Both the position numbers and the translations under genes were made by a program. A stretch of 46,782 bases of DNA from an uncultured Bifidobacteriaceae bacterium (GTDB taxonomy: Bacteria > Verrucomicrobiota > Verrucomicrobiia > Limisphaerales > SIBH01). How positions within the stretch are numbered: position 1 is the first letter of the stretch; every line of letters starts with the position of its first letter. Below, in pieces: positions 42,401 to 46,782 of this stretch. The notes below the pieces were generated by a model. It ran no database searches. It was given only the letters and a program-made list of their open reading frames with translations, and was not told the DNA's origin. Location of the stretch: assembly GCA_964420805.1 (NCBI GenBank), contig CAYQWK010000004.1, positions 1-46,782 on the forward strand, given 5' to 3'.

Positions 42401-43570
42401 ACAGTGACGCAGGGCAGCAGCACCTGGGGTTGGAGTTACTCCGCCGCCGACGGCCCGCTGACCACGAACGTCACTATCACCGCCACGGACAGCGACGGCG
42501 CAACCAGCACCTACACGTTCGTGCTCGTCGTGAACAACCTCGCGCCCACGCTCTCGCGCCTGCTCGCCAGCGTGACGACCGGGGAAGCCCTGACCGTCAC
42601 GAACGGCGGTGGTTTCCGCGACGCCGGTGTGGATGACGTCTCCCTCTTCGCCAACGTCGGCATCGTGACGACCAACGGCACGAACTGGACGTGGAGTTAC
42701 GTGCCCACCGACGGCCCGCTCAGCACGAACGTCGTCATCACCATCGTGGACAGCGACAACTTCACGAACACCACCACCTTCACGCTCACCGTCACCAACC
42801 GCGCGCCGACGATTGCCCTGACCGGCAACAGCAGCGTGGCCGCCGGCACGAGCTACACGCTGAACCTCGGCGCGGTCACTGACGCCGGCATGGACACGGT
42901 CACGAACTACAGCATCAACTGGGGCGATGGAAACACCGAGAGCTTCAGCGGACATCCAACCGGCCTGGGCAAGACGCATACATTCGCCACCGCCGGCAGC
43001 AAGACCATCAGCGTCTCACTCACGGACGAGGACGGCACATTCGCCAGCGCGGGAACGAAGGTCATCACCGTCACCTCACTCGTGGCCTCGAACCTCACCG
43101 TCACCCGCGGTCGGGGGGTGAGTTTGAAGATCAGGATCGCAGACCTCGCGCGGGACTTGAACAGCGTGCCCGTGTCCGTGCAGTCGCTTGGAGAAAGTGC
43201 GCAGGGCGCAACGCTCACCCACGACAGCACGCGCATTTTTTACACGCCGGCCAACGACAACAACGACAGCTTCACCTACGTGGTGGGCAACGGCAGCCTC
43301 ACCGCGACCGGCACCGTGACTGTGATCGTCTCCGTTTCGCCGGGCGGACTTGCGCAAACGATCAGCGTCTCAGGCGGCGCGGCCACGGTGAAGTTCTTCG
43401 GCATCCCCGGCTACCAATACGACGTGCAGCGTGCGACCAGCCTGGCCGAGCCAGTCACCTGGACGACATTGAGCGGCGAAGCCATCACCGCTGGTACCAA
43501 CGGCGTATTCACCTTTGCTGACACGAACGCGCCCAACGGTGCCGCCTTCTACCGCAGCGCGCAGCGTTGA
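36452..43570 (+). CDS. Giant (~2370 aa) secreted mosaic adhesin-like protein
   Basis: The signal peptide from ATG 36452 is MKTLPAGIALAGLLFTGGPVQA|DP; alternative ATGs lie at 36422 and 36263. Modules recognised by motif, in order:
- an FN3-like unit (ATLNATVNPGGATTTAQFEYGTNISYGST)
- LamG (ALHFDG...WHHVAFVVD...LDEVRIWSVAR)
- a choice-of-anchor-D/ASH-like unit
- six YWTD blades
- PKD units (YSYDFNNDGVWDD; INWGDGNTE)
- two cadherin repeats (DYETKSSYSIRVRVTDQGG...VTIANVNE)
- seven FG-GAP/VCBS repeats
- four copies of an unassigned ~75-aa module
- an unassigned C-terminal module ending AAFYRSAQR. Confidence 0.92.
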   Translation: MKTLPAGIALAGLLFTGGPVQADPIPPTTIGFHTASGSVGSYYNGGTDAAGNSGPNVGIVANTANAAGGGVLNGGSNPTFSVPSGFTGGFSVEAINVAVGFAINVYDGENGTGTLIAQQGFSLNGNTTASVTFAGTAKSVVLAKWSGSPNYDNLTFGSATLGTPVAEPPGVTTSAATGVTATTATLNATVNPGGATTTAQFEYGTNISYGSTASVTLSPANGTNYQSVSANLTGLLPGTTYNFRITGTNSAGSRNGGNLTFTTAVAGTALHFDGINDSVDIAHTPGQISYPFTVEAWVKTTDADGIVVSKYVGSSGNGWQMGMSGGKLAAWFFRPGGTIFPSGAGIVGATTINNGAWHHVAFVVDSTGGRLFVDGVSDGFSGWTTGTPGPATTTAPLRLGNETTGFLYPFAGTLDEVRIWSVARTAAELQANKNAELAVMPPCLVGYYKFNQGTADGNNAGVTTLADTTGGASGTLNNFALTGTTGNWTTGSGITEVASVQDPAAPEINLTGNAASIVLGDSTPDPADHTDFGSALVTGGTVVRTFTVQNTGPGASALNVSSVAVSGTHAADFTVGTLTPASPVAGGTSATFTVTFDPSAAGVRSATITVNNDDCNEAAYTFAVQGTGLNTAPTVATDAGSKLFIARYITGNFIARANVDGSALNTTHFPLPNNAIGVTVDAVNGKLYWSSFTGGSRIGRMNLDGSGSEPDWLVGVHAIGMAVDTANGWLYLAGGAIKRVRLDGTGLTTLISGLDIPGFTSCSGVALDVPNNKLYYAFNTAIGRADLDGSNHTPTYVTTGGGAPPDDVAIDRTNGKLYWTISGANKIGRANVDGTGIQSAFLTVTAPRSLIVDPQASKVFWADGSGVGRANLDGTGVNTSFLAGVSGSWGIALGDVDTEGTQATRTGTYSDADGNTVTFSASVGSVTKTGTSSGTWTWTYTPPDGPATHNVTITANDGLANSTTSFTLNVNNVAPTATFSRSAATANENTVSPPNVSFTVQTDPGTTDVSTGLKYSYDFNNDGVWDDGDGTYAGSLTAATKTIPASYFASPAPSPLVVKGRILDKDGGLTDYTVSITINHAPTAINGPLTIVEDFDYGASGGTLSGNGGAGFSSAWSGGNYSPAGLTFSSLTSPGGAWVGGSGSRNFAASLAAAGPISGDFLFSMNSAPPGRVQMFGLGGFNNQGFTIALAPANDSTPTGGIPIVGLNSGGYANITAGAVALNTTYMYRFSYAGSSITAWILTAAQYDNFAPDGLTDAELNAASIGGAPTQVTGRVTKTGNVTGNMANLFTYTFGGDGVTMDRLRMTGMPVGASLVVAENAAINTSAGTLTASDADSGNTFTFALVSGAGDTDNASFTISGNTVRSAAVFDYETKSSYSIRVRVTDQGGLSYETPLAVTIANVNEAVTDLVLSPASIAENNATNATVGTLTATDGDTGDTHTFTLVGGVGSADNGSFTIAGSALRLTPSADFETKNSYALRIRATDVGGLFFEKALTVTITDVGEDTPPVVTRDNATVTTGEGLSALNSGTYSDANGNATVTLTASIGTLTTNIGAGTWSWIYTPADGPDAGTNVIITANDGVNGAVTTSFTLIVTNRAPKLNQCTPPSFTLVTTTIPGWAAAPGDLDGDGDQDIVMGYPGGGISPVPFRNNGNATFTQMPTLPGAARVVLTPLLADYNGDGLLDVAVDQGSSYRVFFGNGAFGTFSNVVVGSGGAEASGSVADLNADGRPDFVVGINRGNSDNNGQVSVRLNNGSGSFPTITQYFVGPGEIFVTTADFNNDGKPDIAAADSETNTVTILLNNGSGGFTFAPGGPIAVGTTPKQLTAGDFNNDGFRDLAVPNSGAGTVTILLGNGSGGFTSAGTFTAGAGAKFVLAADFNNDGVLDLGVALTSGVALLAGNGGGSFGAPTVYGTGFSPINITLADMNADGGQDILVGFSDTVRYLQANVAPTTVSVNEGSTATNNGSFCDPGVDTVTVSTSLGTVTQGSSTWGWSYSAADGPLTTNVTITATDSDGATSTYTFVLVVNNLAPTLSRLLASVTTGEALTVTNGGGFRDAGVDDVSLFANVGIVTTNGTNWTWSYVPTDGPLSTNVVITIVDSDNFTNTTTFTLTVTNRAPTIALTGNSSVAAGTSYTLNLGAVTDAGMDTVTNYSINWGDGNTESFSGHPTGLGKTHTFATAGSKTISVSLTDEDGTFASAGTKVITVTSLVASNLTVTRGRGVSLKIRIADLARDLNSVPVSVQSLGESAQGATLTHDSTRIFYTPANDNNDSFTYVVGNGSLTATGTVTVIVSVSPGGLAQTISVSGGAATVKFFGIPGYQYDVQRATSLAEPVTWTTLSGEAITAGTNGVFTFADTNAPNGAAFYRSAQR
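38369..39135 (+). repeat. Six YWTD (LDL-receptor class B-like) beta-propeller blades inside the giant CDS (approximate bounds)
   Basis: There are six units of the pattern (K/W)LY(W/Y)....I.RA.LDG(S/T): FIARANVDGS, KLYWSS..IGRMNLDGS, WLYLAGGAIKRVRLDGT, KLYYAF..IGRADLDGS, KLYWTI..IGRANVDGT and KVFWAD..VGRANLDGT. Confidence 0.75.
40393..40970 (+). repeat. Two tandem cadherin-like repeats inside the giant CDS (approximate bounds)
   Basis: Unit 1 reads VAENAAINTSAGTLTASDADSGNTFTFALVSGAGDTDNASFTISGNTVRSAAVFDYETKSSYSIRVRVTDQGGLSYETPLAVTIANVNE. The second unit is parallel (IAENNATNATVGTLTATDGDTGDTHTFTLVGG...DFETKNSYALRIRATDVGG...VTITDV). Confidence 0.8.
41255..42295 (+). repeat. Seven FG-GAP/VCBS repeats (integrin-alpha-like seven-blade propeller) inside the giant CDS (approximate bounds)
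   Basis: There are seven Ca-binding-loop-like motifs: DLDGDGDQDIV, ADYNGDGLLDVAV, ADLNADGRPDFVV, ADFNNDGKPDIAA, GDFNNDGFRDLAV, ADFNNDGVLDLGV and ADMNADGGQDILV. Confidence 0.8.
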
Positions 43571-43622
43571 CGGACGGTTCGCGTCGCATCGGCTGGCAGT
43601 TTAGACAGATTGAGGAGCCCGC

Positions 43623-46600
43623 CTATGGCGAAACGACCCGGTAGAATTGCGCTCCCGGTTCCGACGGTAGCGGCACGTCGAACTCTTTCACGCCCAGGCT
43701 GTTGGTGAACCACAGTTCGTCGGTCCACGAGAAATTCGCGGAACCTTGCAGGCAATGCACACCCTCGTGCGGGCTGCTGAAGATCAGGTGCAGATTGTTG
43801 CCGCGGCGCTCGGTGGATAGTTCCGGCGCCAATGGCGCGCTTTGCAGGATGAGACCCTGGTTGCCGATGGCGATGAAGGTGTTGTTGATGTAACGCACCG
43901 CGTGGAGGTTTTCGTAGGTCGGCGAGCGACGGTCGCGCCAGATCACCGCGTTGGTGGAGGTGACGATGGTGCCGTAGTTGCCAACCGCCACCCAGAGGCC
44001 GTTGCTCCAGGTCGCGCCGCGAAGGTTTCGCCCGTCCTGAAAGCCAAAGCTCGTGCCGCCGTACTGCCATGAACTGACCCACGGGAAATTCGTGCCGGCA
44101 ACCGCGTTGGTCGAGTAGAGGATCACGCCGTCATTCAGGGCGGCGACGTAAAGGCCGTTGGCAAATGCGATGGCGCGGGCGTTCTTGCCGGGGCCGTAGA
44201 AGGTGTTGTTGTTCCACGTCACGCCGTCCGGAGACGTAAATATCACGGCCTCGAAATTACCGTCGCCCACCGCCACGAACTGGCCGTTGCCGTAGGTGAC
44301 TTCGTTCAGATCGTAAATGGCGGGCGGGGTGCGCACGGTCCAGTTGGTGGCGTCGGGCGAGGTGAGAATGAGGCCGGCTTCTCCGACCGCGACCCAGAGG
44401 TTGTTCGCGCGAACGACGCTCTTGAGGTAGGCGTTGGTGAGGCCGGTCGGGATCATCGCCCAGTCGAGGCCGTTGGTGGAGGCGAGGATGTTGGAGGATT
44501 TGCCGACCGCCAGCCAGCGGCCGTCGCCGAATGTGATGCCATGCAGCACGTCGGGAACGCCGGGCGCGGGCACGAAACTCCAGTTCGCGCCATCCGTGGA
44601 GGTGAGGATGGTCCCGCCCTTGCCCACGGCAATGGCGAGTCCGTTGGCCACGTCCAGGCCGTCGAGGTCGTGGTTCACACCGCGGGTGCGGTTGGTCCAG
44701 GTCAGTCCGTCTGACGAGGTCACGATGGTGCCGTTTTCGCCGACGGCCACGAACATGTTGTTGGCAAAGACCACGCGGTCGAGACGGTCGCCCGTGCCCG
44801 AGGCGGCACTGGTCCATGAATGAAGATCGCCGGTGGAGGTGATGATCCTGCCTTTGGTGCTGACGACGACATAGCGCCCCGCGCCGTGGGCGGCTCCGCG
44901 GAGGTTCTTGTTCGCCGCTCCGTTCAAGTAGGTAGTCTCCCAGTTCACGCCGTCGGTCGAGCTGTTCATGTAACCGTCGTAGCCCAGCGCGATGAAGCGG
45001 CCGTTGGCGTGCGCGATGCCGAGTCCATACGGGACGACCGGTCCGGCTTGCGTCCAGGAAAGCAGGTCGTCGGAGGAAATGATCCCTCCATAGGAATCCA
45101 TGACCACGAACCGGCCCGCGCCAAACGTGGCGGTCACCAGATAATTCACCGGGCTGCCTATGTTGACTGCCGTCCAGTCCGCGCCGTTCTCGGAGCGGAA
45201 TGCGACCGGCTGATATGGGCCGAACCATTGGTAGCCCACGGCGAGGAAGCTGCCGTTGCCGAAGGTGATATCGAGGAAGTTGTCGTTGGTGGAGATGACG
45301 AACGATTCCCAAACCGCTCCGTTGGTGGAAACCAACGCTTTTCCATCGTAGCCCGTCGTCACGAACCGCCCGTTTCCAAACGCGACTCCGTGCAGCGACG
45401 CCGCGGACTGGCTGTTGCGCGCGGTCCAGTTCGTGCCGTCAGGCGAGGTGACGACTGCGCCATTTTCGCCGACGGCCACGAAGGTGGATTGTCCCCACGC
45501 CACGCCGTGCAAATCCCGGCCCTGCGGCAGCGGATTGCGGATGGTCCATTTGTCGAGCGGCCCGGCGCGATGGACGGTGAACTGGAAGGTGCTGGTCGCC
45601 ACGCCGAAGGCGTTGCTCGCCACCACGGTGTATTCGCCCGCGTCGCTCATCGACGCGGAGGCGATGCGCCAGGCGCAGACGTGGTAGGTGCCGCTGTCGT
45701 ATTGGTAGTAGAGCGGCAGGGCGTTGCCGGCGTGATGGAGCCACGCCTGCTTGGGCGGGGAACCGGAGACGTAAGCGTAGAACTCTACCGGGCTGCCTTC
45801 GAGCACGGAGAAGGCGGAGCCGTTCACAATCAGGCTGGGCGGCGCACCCGTGACCGAGAGCCGGGCCACGCGGCTGGTGCTCTGGCCGAACTGGTTGCTG
45901 GCAACGATGAAGTAGTTGCCGGAATGGTTGGTTTGCACCGCGCCGAAATACCGGCTCGATCCGGTGAAATTCTCGACGTAGGCGTCGCCAAGGTTGGCGC
46001 TTTCAAAATGCCATTGCACCAGCGCGGGCGGGTTCTGCAGGCCGTAGTACCAGTAGAAACCACGACCGGCTTCAATGCCCTGATCTTCCGGCCCGGACAA
46101 AACCGGCGGCGATTCCACCACCGTCAACGTGGCGACCTGGCTGGTGACCGAGCCGCCCGCGTTTGCGGCCACGCAAAAATATTCGCCCGCGTCCGCCGTC
46201 GTGACGTTGGGCAGGTAGAGCCAGGACGAGCCGTTGGTGCCGGGCAGGGGAATGCCGTTGTGAAACCAACTTGTTGTCACGGGGGAATGGCTGCTGACCC
46301 AGACGGAGAAGCTGGCCGATGCGCCCCAATAAACCGTCTGGTCTGCCGGTTGGCCGATGATCGCCGGCGGCGTACTTGTGACCACCAGCACGGCCACATG
46401 GCTGGTGGCGACGCCCAGATGGTTGCTCGCGGTGAAATAGTAGTGCCCTGAGTCCGCTGGCGTGGCTGCGTTAAAGATGATCCATTCGTTCATCTCATTC
46501 GGAAGGAGTGTGCCGTTGCGAAACCAGCGAAGGACCGGGCGCGGGCCGCCGCCGAAACTCGCGTATTGGCTGAACCAACTGCCGGTTTCCACGGTCGCAT

Positions 46601-46782
46601 CCACCAGCTCATGCCAGATGAGGGGCGGGGTTTCGACCACGTCCAGGCGCATGACCGCGCTGGTCACGGTGCCGAAGCTGCCTGTCATGACCGCGCGGTA
46701 GTTTCCGCTGTCGTTCGTCTGGGCGGCCGGGATGGACCAGTACATCGACGTTTGAGGGATGGACGCGTCATCCTTGTACCAT
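43623..46782 (-). CDS. Large secreted protein (5'-truncated by the window edge): Ig-like (I-set type) array, 14-blade BNR/Ycf48-like double beta-propeller and a C-terminal FYR module
   Basis: The reading frame stays open upstream of the tracked ATG (46745) to the window end (...WYKDDASIPQTSMYW...). At least 5 Ig-like units are present (WFRNGTLLP...ADSGHYYFTASNHLGVATS; WFHNGIPLPG...ADAGEYFCVAANAGGSVTS). Fourteen blade units follow, then the C-terminus ...GAQFYRVVSP. Confidence 0.9.
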   Translation of the reverse strand, partial: WYKDDASIPQTSMYWSIPAAQTNDSGNYRAVMTGSFGTVTSAVMRLDVVETPPLIWHELVDATVETGSWFSQYASFGGGPRPVLRWFRNGTLLPNEMNEWIIFNAATPADSGHYYFTASNHLGVATSHVAVLVVTSTPPAIIGQPADQTVYWGASASFSVWVSSHSPVTTSWFHNGIPLPGTNGSSWLYLPNVTTADAGEYFCVAANAGGSVTSQVATLTVVESPPVLSGPEDQGIEAGRGFYWYYGLQNPPALVQWHFESANLGDAYVENFTGSSRYFGAVQTNHSGNYFIVASNQFGQSTSRVARLSVTGAPPSLIVNGSAFSVLEGSPVEFYAYVSGSPPKQAWLHHAGNALPLYYQYDSGTYHVCAWRIASASMSDAGEYTVVASNAFGVATSTFQFTVHRAGPLDKWTIRNPLPQGRDLHGVAWGQSTFVAVGENGAVVTSPDGTNWTARNSQSAASLHGVAFGNGRFVTTGYDGKALVSTNGAVWESFVISTNDNFLDITFGNGSFLAVGYQWFGPYQPVAFRSENGADWTAVNIGSPVNYLVTATFGAGRFVVMDSYGGIISSDDLLSWTQAGPVVPYGLGIAHANGRFIALGYDGYMNSSTDGVNWETTYLNGAANKNLRGAAHGAGRYVVVSTKGRIITSTGDLHSWTSAASGTGDRLDRVVFANNMFVAVGENGTIVTSSDGLTWTNRTRGVNHDLDGLDVANGLAIAVGKGGTILTSTDGANWSFVPAPGVPDVLHGITFGDGRWLAVGKSSNILASTNGLDWAMIPTGLTNAYLKSVVRANNLWVAVGEAGLILTSPDATNWTVRTPPAIYDLNEVTYGNGQFVAVGDGNFEAVIFTSPDGVTWNNNTFYGPGKNARAIAFANGLYVAALNDGVILYSTNAVAGTNFPWVSSWQYGGTSFGFQDGRNLRGATWSNGLWVAVGNYGTIVTSTNAVIWRDRRSPTYENLHAVRYINNTFIAIGNQGLILQSAPLAPELSTERRGNNLHLIFSSPHEGVHCLQGSANFSWTDELWFTNSLGVKEFDVPLPSEPGAQFYRVVSP
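43824..45557 (-). repeat. Fourteen ~42-aa beta-propeller blade repeats (two seven-blade propellers), approximate bounds
   Basis: The pattern L.GVA.G.G.FVAVG..G.I.TS.DG..W recurs 14 times. Examples are LHGVAWGQSTFVAVGENGAVVTSPDGTNWT, LDRVVFANNMFVAVGENGTIVTSSDGLTWT and LRGATWSNGLWVAVGNYGTIVTSTNAVIWR. Confidence 0.8.

Noticed and set aside
32610-46451. Very long antisense or alternative-frame ORFs overlapping the kinase and giant genes. Examples are 32610..34112 (500 aa), 34125..36344 (739 aa), 36341..39157 (938 aa), 40685..42979 (764 aa) and 44820..46451 (543 aa).
   Set aside because: Their translations are Arg/Gly/Ala/Pro-rich low-complexity strings with no recognisable motifs. They lie opposite genes with clear domain content. 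Stop-poor shadow frames of this kind are expected in GC-rich DNA.
1-46782. Search for rRNA, tRNA, tmRNA, RNase P, SRP RNA, CRISPR arrays, transposases, integrases and phage genes.
   Set aside because: I checked the intergenic gaps by eye for T-loop GGTTCGAATCC-like motifs, the RNase P GAGGAAAGTCC box and regularly spaced direct repeats, and found none. No ORF shows DDE, tyrosine-recombinase or serine-recombinase motifs. A covariance-model scan would be needed to exclude small RNAs.

Overview
The window is a visibly GC-rich bacterial chromosomal segment. Gene content suggests the PVC superphylum, most likely Verrucomicrobiota (inference): prepilin-type and DUF1559-like proteins, an ECF sigma factor paired with a Ser/Thr kinase, DUF1080, Tat-signal proteins and giant multi-domain surface proteins. 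I support about 40 protein genes. I recognised no rRNA, tRNA, CRISPR array, transposase or integrase.

Gene order, left to right:
- a GH2-like glycosidase
- a divergent sulfotransferase and O-antigen-ligase-like pair
- frr
- small membrane-anchored proteins (zinc ribbon, LysM, HEAT)
- a 1-Cys peroxiredoxin
- mtnA
- a tightly coupled RbsD/FucU, TIM-barrel isomerase, RbsD/FucU cassette facing an Fe-alcohol dehydrogenase
- a 7.5-kb co-directional string: yicC, gmk, coaC, a 6-TM histidine kinase, an NtrC-type activator, a polybasic mini-protein, hpnD, hpnK and a half-size DMT protein
- an HpnG-like nucleosidase and a PolB-type exonuclease
- apgM
- a major-pilin-like gene
- oxidative-stress and sugar-oxidation genes
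- an ECF sigma factor with a transmembrane Ser/Thr kinase carrying WD40 repeats
- a roughly 2370-aa mosaic surface protein
- a convergent surface protein with an Ig array and a double beta-propeller, which runs off the window

Best leads:
1. The ECF/STK module sits next to two giant surface proteins. These end, tail to tail, in the same unrecognised ~65-aa C-terminal module finishing in F-Y-R.
2. A near-consensus sigma-54 promoter lies in front of the pilin-like gene. The window also encodes a PilS/PilR-like 6-TM kinase and NtrC-type activator, which are themselves translationally coupled to hopanoid genes.
3. A mutarotase, isomerase, mutarotase cassette has identical gene junctions.
4. A lysine-rich micro-ORF is built on a perfect 15-bp tandem duplication.

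All functional calls come from motif recognition by eye. No database search was run.
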